Shown here: in pieces, positions 26,155-44,633 of the stretch
Layout of the letters: each line of letters begins with the position of its first letter
Numbering within the stretch: the stretch's first letter is position 1
NCBI GenBank assembly: GCA_951406725.2
Contig: OX597821.1
Location: 86,304,001 to 86,368,000 of the forward strand
Length of the DNA stretch: 64,000 nucleotides
Origin: Octopus vulgaris
Lineage: Eukaryota
Direction: 5' to 3'
Notes under the pieces: generated by a model
The model's database searches: none
Seen by the model: the letters and a program-made list of their open reading frames with translations, nothing else
Told to the model about the DNA's origin: nothing
Position numbers and translations under genes: made by a program

Positions 26155-26450
26155 GTAAGTCAAATGATTTTACAAAAAACACAGTTTTGCTCGTTTGCTT
26201 TATTACAAACGCATTAACCTAATTTTGATAGTTTCTTTTTTTCTTTACTTGTGTCATTACGCAGTTAACCAAACCCAAACAAACAACACAAATTACACTC
26301 TACATAGTCCTCACTGAAATTTTAATGCTAAAATAACACAAAATACAACAAAACACACCCCTCAAAACAAAACAGACCTTGTATATATATGCAATTCAAT
26401 ATCGATTAAAGATAATGTTGCACACTCGCCTGAAACGATTGAAAATAATA

Positions 26451-26502
<52 letters not shown>

Positions 26503-26604
26503 GGATGAGGATGATGATGATGATGATAATGACGCAGTCCTTTTGCGAGAATTTCTAACATAATACTCTATTCTCATAATGATTCACATTTTTGTCACAA
26601 GTGC

Positions 26605-26785
26605 AGCTTGGAGGAGGGGATTGAGTCGATTAAATTGACCCCACCCAACCCGTACTTATTTAACCCCGAAAGGACAAAAGAGAGAGTCGACCTCGGCGGA
26701 ATTTGAATTCAGAACATAAAAACGGACGAAATACCACTAAGCATTTCGCCCGGCGTGCTAACGATTCTGCCAGTTCGCCGCCTTA
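26605..26785 (-). mobile_element. tRNA-derived SINE (family S1)
   Basis: Reverse complement of the aaggcggcgagctggcagaaacgttagcac...gagttcaaattccgcc head (A/B-box-like). Confidence 0.8.
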
Positions 26786-26985
26786 ATATAATAGAATATA
26801 ATAGAATATAAAAAAATATCAAATACAAATTCCATACAATTGTTTCGACTCTTATCCTTCATAAAATAATAAAAATCCATGCTCCTGGGTAAGAATCTCT
26901 TCAGTGTAATGTTTGATATGTGAGAAGTAACAGATCCGCCAAAAGAATTTAAATATGCTTATTTCCAAGCATGAGCGTCAATAAT

Positions 26986-27027
<42 letters not shown>

Positions 27028-27117
27028 TGTGTTGTGTATGTGTGTGTGTGTGTGTGTGTGTTAGCTGTCTATCTATTATAGGCGCAGGCGTGGTTGTGTA
27101 GTAAGAAGCTTGTGTGT

Positions 27118-27362
27118 AAGGCGGCGAGCTGGCAGAAACGTTAGCACTACGGGCGAAATACTTAGCAGTATTTCGTCTGCTGTTACGTTCTGAGTTCAGA
27201 TTCCGCCGAGGTCGACTTTGCCTTTCATCCTTTCATCCTTTCGGAGTCGATTAAATAAGTACCAGTTACGCACTGGAGTCGATATAATCGACTTAATCCG
27301 TTTGTCTGTCCTTGTTTGTCCCCACTGTGTGTAGCCCTCTGTGGGCAGTAAAGAATAAGAAG
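27118..27362 (+). mobile_element. tRNA-derived SINE (S1) nested in the head of an S2 SINE
   Basis: Same head as 34280 and 45240; taagaagcttgtgt is duplicated on both sides (27102-27115, 27356-27369), consistent with a TSD. Confidence 0.8.
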
Positions 27363-27370
27363 CTTGTGTC

Positions 27371-27450
<80 letters not shown>

Positions 27451-27939
27451 ATAGAACCACGCAGTACGAGTGCACCATTGTATGATCAATTTGCTGTACG
27501 AGCCAAGGCTCGTGCGAGATTTTGTCTTGAAGTACGAGTGTAAATCTGCAGTACCAATGAGTTTCATACAAGTGACCGATATACGGTGCTCAGTTCATGT
27601 GTTCCTCTCGTTATGGCAACATCCCTATTATGTTTTTCCCATAAATGCTGAGAAGAAATATCTCATTACGATAGAATTGAAGAAAGAAATCAGTGATAAA
27701 CACGAGAGGTGGTGCGTGTAGTAGACATAGCATGTCAATACGACCGAAGCATGTCGTGGCAGGGTGTAACGAGAAGAACTCTGAACCTCGACGAGATCGA
27801 TAACGTCCCTATCATATTCTGTTAAAATGTCTTATTGACGAGTTTTATTTCTTCATTTCCCTGAAGAGAAAATTACATTGTTTTACACCATTTTGTTCCT
27901 TTGGAATAATACCAAGGATGTCTTCGAAACATGTTTCGT

Positions 27940-30200
27940 TATTTTCTATTTCAAGGGATAGTGTAGGAGGTGTGTTTGGGTGGGGGGAAGGAAGAACAAT
28001 GTGGAATTGAAAGGAAGTTTTTTTGTTTCTCTTTCAAGTTTCAGTAGTTTTGGGGATTGGTCTTTAGAAGTCAGAATGGTGTGAGTGTGTGTGTCTCTGT
28101 GTGTGTGTGTATATATATACATGTACATGTATTTGTGTGTGGGGGCCGTTTTTGATTGGTCCCAGGGTTTATTGTGGTGTATGTAAATGTGTCTGTGTGT
28201 GTTTAATATTTGGTAGGATGGTGTGTGTATATGTGTGCACGTTTGTGTGTGTGTGTACGAGTGTGGCTAATATTTGTTAGGGTGTTGTGTGTGCGTTAGT
28301 GTTTGTTCGCATGTGTGTATGTGTGCGTCTGTGGGTGCGTGTGTATGCTTGTATATACATTTTGTGTTGGTGGGGATGTTATGTGTGTGTAGGTGAGTGT
28401 GTGTGTTGTGTCTGTGTGAGTATGTTTGTGTTTTAAATGTCCTTGTGGTGTGTGTGTGTGTGAGCAACCGTATGTGTGTGTGAGGGTGCATACGTATGGG
28501 CGTGGGTATGTGTTGTATTTATCAGGGTTCTGTGTGTCCATGTGAGTTGGGTTAATCTGGGTGGTGTGTATGTGTGTGTATATGCGTTTTGTGTGTGTTG
28601 GTATTGAGTATGCGTTTGTGTGTGTGTGTATATATATGTGGGTATGGTTTATGTAGTTCTGTCGTTTCTGAGTGTGTGTGTATATGTGCGTGTTTTGCAT
28701 TTGTGAGTGATTTGTTTTGTTTGTATTGTTGGTGCAGTGTGTATGTATACGTGTAGGTGTTGTTGTATGGGTGTGCCTATGTGTCTTGTATTCGTCGGGG
28801 AGATGTGAGTCATTGCATGTGTGTGCATGCTTGTGTGTTTGTATGTTTGTGAATGCTTGTTGTGGTTGTTGTGATTGTATTGTTAGTGTATGTGTGTTTT
28901 TTTTAATATGTGTGTGTGTGTTTGATTTTATTACTGGGGTACGGGCGTATTGTGTGTGTGTTTGTGTGTACAGGTGGGCATAGTTGTTGTAGTTGTGTGT
29001 TTATTTGTGTATTTGTGTATGTGCGGGTGTGTTTGTGTGAATGTGATTTGTAATTTCGGGGTGGTGTGTGCATGTCCGTGTTCACATATGTGTATATGTG
29101 TGTGAAAGTGTTGGTTATGGTTGCTAAAATCATGTTGCAAGTGTATATATGTATGTGTTTTTTCTTGGGATGTGTGGGGTTTGTGCTCTAGTGTGAGGAT
29201 ATTGTGCTTGTGCATGTGTGTATTTGCGTCGGAGGTTGGCATTGTTTTTGTGTGTGTGTGTGATTTTGTATATCTGTATGTGTTTCTGTATGTGTTTGTT
29301 ATGGATGTGTACCTGGGAGGGGTGGGGATAGAGTATGTTTAGTTGTGGTCTGTATTTTTTAATAAGAATATTTTCCCTATTTATTCGTGTTTGGTCAGTG
29401 GTGTTGTCCGGGCATTTGCATAGTGGGACAACTAGGAATTTGGAGGACTTATAGTGTGCACAGAGGTCTAAATGCCCACTAAGTGGTATCTGTCTTGTGG
29501 TGGGGTCCCTCAGTTGTTGGCGATGAACTGTCATCCTTTCTCTGAGGGTAAGGTTCGTTTGCCCTATGTAGTCTTCGTGGCACCCTTCACATCTTATGAC
29601 ATAGAGTAAATTCTTTGACGCGCAGGTGAAATTATTTTTTATGACAAAAGTGTGTCCCGACTGGAATTCGTACACTGAACCTACACTGTCCCTTGAAATA
29701 GAAAATAGTCTTTTACGATAAAATGTTGAAACAGGTCAGTTCATCCCCAATTCTTTGTAAACTCCTAAATATATATCATTCTCTGTATATATATATATAT
29801 ATACTACCAAAATATGACCTTTTTGAACTTAAATTTTCTGTGTATACATAGATACTTCCAAACAAACAAGATTTTTAATGAAATCCTAATATTCTTTATG
29901 AACTTTTTAATAATTTCTAAAGATAGATTTTCTGTAAACTGCTTTTAACATTCTCTTATTATTATTAATGTATATATGCATTGTAATTTTTTGTGCCTAA
30001 TATTTTAATGAACTTTTAAATATTTTCCCAAGTTTTTCCTTGCAAACTGTTTTTAATGTATATATGTATTGTAATATTTTGTGACAACTAGTACTTAACA
30101 CAACAAAGCTTTTACAAGTTACTTTTGACAAACTTTTTCTAAACATGTGAAACCGGTCAGGTGAATAAGCACATTTTAAAGTTGCATTTTCAAACCTTCG

Positions 30201-30205
<5 letters not shown>
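27940..30205. mobile_element. Penelope-like remnant with inverted 5' part: GIY-YIG plus long CA-rich UTR on the - strand (27940-29679), terminal pLTR on the + strand (29680-30205)
   Basis: ORF 29130-29675 has LLYVIRCEGCHEDYIGQT; 27940-27967 is the reverse complement of 29680-29707; hammerhead motif at 30121-30162. Confidence 0.85.
30121..30162 (+). ncRNA. Minimal hammerhead-like motif (U3-A8 core)
   Basis: ACTT, TTGACAA, ac...gt, GAAA, CCGG, TC, AGGT; palindromic ACCGGT; GUC triplet. Confidence 0.6.
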
Positions 30206-30252
<47 letters not shown>

Positions 30253-30370
30253 CATACATACATACATATATATACATATACACATACACACATATACATA
30301 TATATATATGTATATATGTATATGTATGTGTGTATGAATGTATGTATATACATATTATATATATATTATA

Positions 30371-30994
30371 CAGTGTACATTAAAACCCATTAAGAGGCTT
30401 CCATTATAGGAATCCATTATGCCAGAAAGAACAGTTAAAGTCCAAAGTACTAATTAGGGATAAGTTCTCGAAGGGAATTTAACTTAAAAACATTTACCAT
30501 CTACTTTTGGGACCATGGTTTCTGACTTATTTTAGTAAATAAAAATTATTATTTACCAAGGCTAAATCTTCGTCAGCGGGGACGGCTTAGTTTAAATATA
30601 CAGTCTTTTTTGCTGGCAACAGAGGATGCCGACAAAAACTTCGAACGAATCTACCAGAAATCAATATACCTAATAAATAATATCAGGGTAATAAAAATTA
30701 TAGAATTTTTTATTTGCGCAGTGGATCAGAAGAAATTAAGATGTACAAGCAATGAGTTTGGCCTCGTTGTTTGTATATTTAATCTAAGGTGTCCCCGCTG
30801 ACGAAAACTTAGCCTTGGTAATTAATAATTTTTATTTACTAAAATAAGTCAGAAACCAAGGGTCGGGAATTTGATGGTAAATGTTTTAGTTTAACATTCC
30901 TTTCGAGAAGTTATCCCTAATTAGTGGTTTGGACTTTACTTGTTCTTTCTAGCGTAATGGATGGAAGCCTCTTAATGTGTTTTAATGTAAACTG
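30371..30994. mobile_element. MITE (Tc1/mariner-pogo type) with ~230-bp TIRs and TA TSD
   Basis: ta|CAGT...ACTG|ta; 30371-30602 is an imperfect reverse complement of ~30773-30994. Confidence 0.9.
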
Positions 30995-31183
30995 TATTTT
31001 ATACGAATAATATATAGTCTATTGACTAATTTTCTTGTACGCTAAGCCACTGGTATCCTTAAAATCCTTTTAAATGTTTTAGCCCGGAGGCCGTGGCCAT
31101 GCTGGGGCATCTATAATTTTTATTACCCTGATATTATATATATATATATATACATACATACATATAAATTTGTCTTATTGCAG

Positions 31184-31327
31184 AATTATTATGGCAATAG
31201 TGACGGAAAATTGTCCTTACAACCAATCAGTGAATGGCATCTTATGTACTCCAATGAGTCTAACATGGAAACAACATTGACATTCTATAGAGAACTTTCT
31301 GGGCCAAATATGAAGATGAATATCACA
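31184..31327 (+). CDS. MOXD1: DBH-like monooxygenase exon 2 (DOMON)
   Basis: ttgcag|NYYGNSDGKLSLQPISEWHLMYSNESNMETTLTFYRELSGPNMKMNIT|gtaagt; 144 nt. Confidence 0.85.
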
Positions 31328-33350
31328 GTAAGTATTTTATTTTATACAAAATTTAGCTAAGATAAACTACTTAATTAAAGACGTAATAGGAATTAATGAA
31401 ATAGATTGAGCAAGTGTTCATATACAAAATGGCGTACGTAACATCTTTTTAACGAATTGAGGTTTACATTTTTAGCGAGAGGAATATAAAGCAAGCTGCA
31501 GTTGTTTGTTACAAAGAAGAATGGAAATATTTTCAAGTAATTAAGAATTAATTTAAAGCTATTAATTTTATACTTATCAGGAAACATGATCTTTATATTG
31601 GAAGGAAGGATGGTGTGATTTGTTTTGAGCTTCCTAGACTACGTCAGCAAAGCATTGTTAGCATGATAGAGCAGGTAGTATTCTTTATTTTTCGCTGAGA
31701 GTGACTTATAAGGCAAAAACATGGACGCCACTGTTTTCGATCACGCTTATAAAAATAACTAATTTTTGTAATTGACTTAATTTCTTGAAATTATTTCCTC
31801 TTTTCTGTGTTAGACTTTAACGACTCCCATCGTTAAAGGTAATCGTTTACTGTCTCCAGCTGACAGATAAACTTTATTTATTTATCTATTTATTTATGCG
31901 TTTATCAGTCAGGGAATGAAAACCCGTCTTCATTTATTTATTACGTGTAATATCTTGCTAACTTTGAGTATCATTCAAATTTTGTCAAATCTTGTCAAAA
32001 TCTTGTAAACAACAATCTACTATGCTTTATTTTTGTTTCATTGTTGATGCACGTTTCCTACGACCTGTATCATATACTGTTTCTCATTCCTGTTTTTAAA
32101 TATTTTTTAATTGTACGTTGGCAAAACCGGTTAAGCTACGAACAAAATATGTTGTGGTATTTTTCTTACAACTTTTTATGTTCGTGTTTCAATTCCGCCG
32201 GATATTAACTTATCTTTTCCTGTCTGGTACCTGTCTAGTACTTTCCTGTCTTGTACCAGTACTAGTACTTGAATTGTTGCAATCGAGTAAACCCACTTTT
32301 AAATATATGGCCTTGTGCAAGTGTCATAAGTGTTTATTTAAATTGCAAGGGACTAATAAAAACGGGACTGGATTAGATGAAATCCCTTGCCATATGTTGT
32401 TACGACTCTGTTAAAATTCCCCTCTAATCGACTTTGCTTTTATCATCCCGCTGTCAATAAAATGAAGCACAGACTTGTTTTATCAAACGTACCTTCCCCA
32501 AAATTTATTGCAATTAGGACCGTCTTTGCCTGGAGCAAATCCGTGCACCAGGCCCTGATGTATGTATTTATAGTGAACAAGCCCTTAGATCTGCGAGGTC
32601 CGACTGGCAACTCCACAGTGTGTCCATGAGACCAACAATAGAAACCTTTAATATGTTAATATGTCAATATTGACTTATCGTTTCTAGGCAAATAGGCTTA
32701 AATCGAATTTCTTTAATTTAATTAATTACAACGAAATCTGGTGGCGTTACAGTTTTCCAAGTCCTCTTTAGAATATGATAAATCTCTCATCAACTTGCAT
32801 CGATAATATCAGTGTTTCTCTTATGTCAAGTATTAGATTGCGTCTGTAAAGTCTAAGATACGTATTACTTTGAGGAAACGGTCCATAGTTATAAGCCATA
32901 CCTGCAATGTAAAATTGATTTGTGCGATACTTTGCAATACGGAGAAGAATTCAAATATTCCTCTAGATTATATATTCAATAGATTAAAGGCACCCAAAGA
33001 ATTCTTTGTAAACCCTTTCGTACGGAAGGATACTTTACGTGGCTGCTTGATTTTAAAATGACCAGGTTTCGTTAACGTAACAAAATATCGACTTTAAAAG
33101 ATCCAATATTTATTGCTGACTGTAGACAGCTGATTAGAGGAAGTCGAAATAATCAAAAGCGTTCCATTCTCAACCACCTCTGTTTGATTTTAGACCTCAG
33201 GTCAGCCCTGATCAGTCAGATTCATAATCAAAGACAATCCAGTCGGTACCAGTCTCATTTAACTTGGACTGCATTATCCGTCGCGCGCTTCCACTTTGAA
33301 GAAATTTTGAAATAATGAGTTGAGGAAATTTAGATGCTTTTTCTTCCAGA

Positions 33351-33670
33351 TTGAGCAGACGTCTCATATCGCTCGTGAATATTGTTGCTTTTGATGATAA
33401 TGGTGCGGATCCTGATGAAATTGATTTTGAATTTGATGAGGTAGGGGAGGAGGAGGAGGATGATCGTGATGACGTGGAAGAGGTAGAAGGGAATGAGAGG
33501 ATTATGAGTTTTCTTCTTTTCTTTTGTAGCAAAATACAATGAGAGTCCTGTGGGGCTACGGTAAGACAGACAATGTAAGTGACAGCTTTCAACTGGATGG
33601 CGTCAAAAGTCAGTATCTGCTTCAAGAACAGTTGCCTGAACTAGAAATGCCAAATGATGCATTTCATATA
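33351..33670 (+). pseudogene. Possible piggyBac-like transposase acidic N-terminus remnant
   Basis: Acidic stretch DDNGADPDEIDFEFDEVGEEEEDD followed by broken frames; compositional resemblance only. Confidence 0.3.
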
Positions 33671-33674
33671 CAAT

Positions 33675-33860
33675 TCAGAGTGAATGAAGTAAGAATTTGT
33701 TTATTTAACTAATTTATTTATTCTTTTATTTCAGAATGAATAAAGTAAGAATTTATATTCCTTTTAATTTTTTTAATTAATCAATTTATTTATTTATTCT
33801 TTTATTTCAGAATGAATGAAGTAAGAATTCATAATCCTTTTAATATCTTTAATTCATTCA
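33675..33860. repeat. Short tandem repeat, 3 units of ~55-76 bp
   Basis: ttcaga(a/g)tgaat(g/a)aagtaagaatt recurs at ~33674, 33730 and 33806. Confidence 0.75.
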
Positions 33861-34279
33861 TTCATTTTCTATTTATCTGTTTGTAATCCTTTTTACAATA
33901 CAAAATCGAAACGTGAATTTGACCAACGTAATGGAGATCAATAAAGTTGACAGGCTAAATAATAATTAAAAAAATACTATTTAACCTCTTCTCTCTTAGG
34001 TGATAAACTTCATCCGTAACATTGCCACCATTAGGTGCCTGAATTCCTTCTGTGAAGTCATCTCTGTTCCTTTCGATCTCGGTCTCCGAAAACTTCATTT
34101 CTTCCTCAGGTGCTGACCTTTTGCCTCTGATAAAGCTATAAAAACAAAGCGTGATCTACTTTCGAACCCCGTAAAAGTCGAACCTGCATTTTAATACCTA
34201 CAGTTTTGAAAAAATACATCTGTCATATATCGATGTCGATTCTAAAATACTAAGGGTCGGAAAAATATTTTTGAGGAAG

Positions 34280-34675
34280 AAGGCGGCGAGCTGGCAGAAA
34301 CGTTAGCACGCCGTGCGACTTGCGTAGTCGTATTTCGTCTGCCGTTTCGCTCTGAGTTCAAATTCCGCCGAGGTTGACTGTGCTTTTCATCCTTTCGAGG
34401 TCGATAAATAAGTACCAGTTACGCACTGGGGTCGATGTAATCGACTTAATCTCTTTGTATGTTCTTGTTTTTTCCCTCTGTGTTTAGCCCCTTGTGAGTA
34501 GTAAAGAAATGGGTATTTCTTCTGTCTTTACGTTCTGATTTCAAATTCTACCGAAGTCGACTTTGCCTTTCATCCTTTCCAGCCATTAAATTAAGTACCA
34601 GTTGCGCACTGGGATCGATCTAATAGACTGCCCCCTCCCCCACAAGTCGGCCCTTCTACCCTAGGTAGAAAGAAT
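34280..34675 (+). mobile_element. tRNA-derived SINE (S1) with internal duplication
   Basis: Head aaggcggcgagctggcagaaacg; the core gttcaaattc..gtcgactttgcctttcatcc occurs twice. Confidence 0.8.
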
Positions 34676-36063
34676 ACTTTTGAGTAAGGTCAGATTGGAA
34701 ATATTCTTGTCATACAAACCATAACTCAAATAATTAAAAGAAAAACAAAACAAATGAATATAGCTATTTTTTAAAATTCAGTTACTATTTCGATAATAGA
34801 AATATATATATCTACATCTGTTTACTCGTACTATCAACTAATAGAGACAGTAGAATTTTGGTGTGGGGAGGATAACATAGCATATCCATTATGGTTCCAA
34901 TTTTGTGGTTTCTGTATTCAAAACTCATTGTGGGTATCAATCATTGAACACTAATCTACAGACAAATTACAGCGCATCTCCCTCAGCGGCAACGTTTTTT
35001 TTTTCATTTTGTCTGCTGGGACAATAAGCCAGTCTAACTTAGAGGAAATTGTACGTTCCAGCCCTTAATATAAAGTTGCTTCTAGATGTTGAACTGTTTT
35101 GATAAATTTATGGAAAAATATTACACTAAATTATGTATTTTTCAGCGAGGACTCCATAATAAGCATTATGAAATATAACAGTTGATTAATACTGCCCCAA
35201 TATTGCAGAAAGCATGAAACTACCTGTTTTATCTTTGAATTTTTTTTCTTTCCCATAATTTTATTGTGCCGAATTCTGAAATCTATAATCTAGCTAACAA
35301 GTTAAAGAAGTACACACACGCAGACACATAGTTACATTATCACATGTACCTAAACACGCACACACTAACACCCACGAACGCACACACACACATACACGCA
35401 TATACACACATACACAAACAAACACATATTTTCACATGAAGTCGTGCAGATTCTTAAAATGATAATGGAAAAACAACCAAAGCAAAAGTATAATAATATG
35501 TGGAATTTGACGATTTAAAAGTCTCTTATCGGCATATTGGCATAGAAATAATTTTCTTTTGCCCTTGTTTATAATTTTAACCTTTAAAGGTGTTTTAATA
35601 TGCTGCCACTTTTTTGATGAAATTTTTTCTGTAAATAAACTTCATTCTATACTAGTAGTAGATATATTATTACCATTTGTTATAAGGACTGGTAATCAGT
35701 ATAAGCTGTGGTGGAGAACATTTAATACGTGTGCTGAGGCTAACCAAAGGATGTTATATTTAGATTTATCTGGGGCACTTATATGTACCCATGAATTTGG
35801 CTACGGCTTTTTTTCCATGTGCGCATGTAAGGATTTCATTTATTTCTACTGAAGAGGAAAAAAATCTATTATGAGATTAATTCCGAAATTGATTCAATAT
35901 AGAAATAACGATCTTTTAAAAAATTCTGTTGGTTAGCTTTCCTCGATTTCGGCACAACGTATTTCTGTAGTGAGTATATAATATGTGGAAATTGACGATT
36001 TAAAAGTCTGTTATCAGCATATTGGCATAGAAATAATTTTCTTTTGCCCTTGTTTATAAGTTT

Positions 36064-36142
<79 letters not shown>

Positions 36143-36144
<2 letters not shown>

Positions 36145-36308
36145 AACAAGCATCTTTCCGTTTCCGCCTAGCAGATCCACCCACAAGGCTTTGGTCAGCC
36201 CCGACGCTGCAGTAGAAGACGCTTGCCCAAGGTTACCCGCATTGGGACTGAATCCGGAACCATGTGGTTCGGAAGCACGTTTTTCACCACACAGTTTCGC
36301 CTGCGCCT
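36143..36308 (-). mobile_element. tRNA-derived SINE (family S2), partial
   Basis: Reverse complement reads ggcgcaggc...tgtgtggt...accacatggttccggattcagtccca...; homologous to 36325-36470. Confidence 0.75.
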
Positions 36309-36324
36309 ATATATATATGTAGGG

Positions 36325-36720
36325 CATGTGGTAAGAAGCTTACTTCTTAACTACATGGTTCCGGGTTCAGTCCCACTTTGTGGCACTTTACACAAGTGTC
36401 TTCTACTGCAGCTTCGGGTCGACAAAAGCTTTGTGAGTGGATCTAGTAGACGGAGACTGAAAAAAGGCTTTCGTATATATATATGTGTGTGTTTGTATTT
36501 ATGCATGTGGGTCATTGTGTCTGTGGTTGCCCTCTCACCATTGCTTGACAGGCGATGTTGGTGTGTTTTCGTTTCCGTATCCTAACTGTTCGGCAAAAGA
36601 GAACGATAGAATAATTACTAGGCTTACAAAGAATAAGTTTTGGGGTCGATTTCTTCGACTAAAAACACTTTAAGGAGGTGCTCCAGTATAGCCACAGTCA
36701 AATGAATGAAATAAAAGCCT
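36325..36720 (+). mobile_element. tRNA-derived SINE (family S2)
   Basis: tgtggtaagaagctt...ggttccgggttcagtcccac B-box-like head, internal TA/TG microsatellite, A-rich end. Confidence 0.75.
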
Positions 36721-36822
36721 AAGAGAATATATTTTAATCATTACAAAGATCCTAAATTGTTTAAATCATTATTTTATTATAACCATTTATTGCAATTATA
36801 ACTGTTTTAAAATTAATTTCAG

Positions 36823-36906
36823 ACTCAAATTCCAAAGTCAAAAACTACTTATTGGTGTAAATCGTTTGAAACACCACAACTTGACGAGCAAGTACATGCT
36901 ATTGTG
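36823..36906 (+). CDS. MOXD1: DBH-like monooxygenase exon (start of Cu2_monooxygen domain; equivalent to canonical exon 4)
   Basis: tttcag|TQIPKSKTTYWCKSFETPQLDEQVHAIV|gtatgt; TTYWC motif; 84 nt; not in the ORF track. Confidence 0.9.
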
Positions 36907-37289
36907 GTATGTATTTCGTTTCTTTACCTATTCGATATTTTCATTATAAGTTCCATGTATTTGCTTGCACCTCCTTTCTCTTCTTACAACCCTTCTAAAA
37001 TGTCAGCTAATGAAGATCTAACATTAATTTGATAAATGCTGAGCACTCGATCATATAGTTAAGATGACTGACAACTTTCATTAACATCACCTTGTTTATA
37101 CACTGCTGTTCTTTAACCCTAGATCATCACTGAGCCTCCAGGCCCCGTATGAAACACTTTTCAGCCGAAATTAGATCATCTTGTTTTCAACCTAACCCTT
37201 TATATAATTAATACTCTATAGAAATGTAGAGTTCTTTTCATGCCGGTGGCCGTTTCCAGCTGTCAATAATCTAGATGCCGAAGGCCGAG

Positions 37290-38002
37290 GTCCGCTGCTT
37301 CATCCTATATTGCAACATGTCAATGAGACGAGCTGCAGGAAGACGTGTCTCATCAAAGACGACCACACCAGTTCACCGGCATTTTTGTCGTCACCGTTAC
37401 CATTGTGCTGTTACCGATGTACTTCAGTAGATGCATCAGACTCAAAGCATACTGGCGTATCATAAGGAAGGGTTTCTGTGACCACCATGGTGTGGGTGCT
37501 TGTAGCAGATGGACTTGCTGACTTGCGGCGTCTCTCTCTTCTATATGAAATGGAAAAGCATGTGCTCCATTCCTAAGAAATTTTCCTAGGGACAAGTTAC
37601 GACGGTCAGACTGTAGTGCACCATCAACACTTCTATCCTTCCTCTCACCTCATTTGTGAATGAGATTGGCCAACGGACACTCGATCCTTTCCTAGTTCCT
37701 TCCCACCTAGAAGTTTACTCTGAACCAGACACTGAACGCTTTCCTTACACCATCGGTCCAGCAACACATCTTGTTGGTGTGCACATGGCTTGATATGCAT
37801 TTGATATGCATTTGCCATTCTAAGCACCCACCCAAAGCCAGATCTAATCCGATCCGCTGTACGGTGAATTGTGGGTGGAAGTTGTATATAGATCTACCGA
37901 GATCACATAGGTTTTCACTTTAACGATTACATTATGCAGGACAAGCGCCAATCGCTGGGCAAGAAGCTTTACCAAATTGTTTTGAGCAGAGTTATGGGTC
38001 TG

Positions 38003-38003
<1 letters not shown>
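37290..38003 (-). mobile_element. Decayed Tx1/L1-like RT fragment
   Basis: Minus strand reads FRPITLL...VKLLAQRLALVL, similar to 54000-54090. Confidence 0.6.
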
Positions 38004-43870
<5,867 letters not shown>

Positions 43871-44633
43871 TACATATCTACAGCTTTGGACATACAAACG
43901 AACACCTAACAAAAATTTGGAAACATAAATATCTCCAATTTGGCGTGAACATTTTGTCGTCCCTTCTTCCTTGACTATCAGAATATGTAAAACTGCCTTT
44001 TATTGTAACAACACACTTAAAACACAACGATAATAAATTATGGAAGTAAGCACCTACTAATATATACATACTGCACAACAACAAAAACTGTAAACCACAG
44101 CAAAACCTTTTAAAATAAAAGAAAAATTCCAAAAGAAAAACAAATTCAGAAATCTTTAATATCTACAACTAATGTGCGACAACGTATCCTTTCCTCTCTC
44201 CCTGAGTATTCGAAAATGTAAATATCATCCTCATTTTTATTCTAAGAACACTACCATTTCTCCCTGTGCAGTCATACAAAAGACCATATTTAGTAAATCT
44301 TAGAACTTTACTAGCCACAACTTGTTTTCTTTTCTTTTTGACTCTCCCTGAGCATCCGAAAATGTAAACATTCTTCTCATTGCAAGTTTCGACCTTAAAG
44401 AATATCTGTTTAATCCATTGAAACTTTTTGAAATACAAACAGAAAAATATTATTTCAACAAAATAGAGCTGCCTTTAACGTAGAAAAATTTGTATTTTTT
44501 AACCAAAAATTCGGATGGGTTAACTGGGTTAACTTTTGTAAAAATCAATATTAATAAAATTAATAACTGGGTTAACTTTTGTAAAAATCAATATTAATAA
44601 AATTACAAGATTAAAAATTTTAATTTCTTTCAG

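Noticed and set aside
34840-34960. Candidate for the missing DOMON exon (DSRILVWGG)
   Set aside because: Immediate stop codon, no convincing acceptor, and no downstream RG motif.
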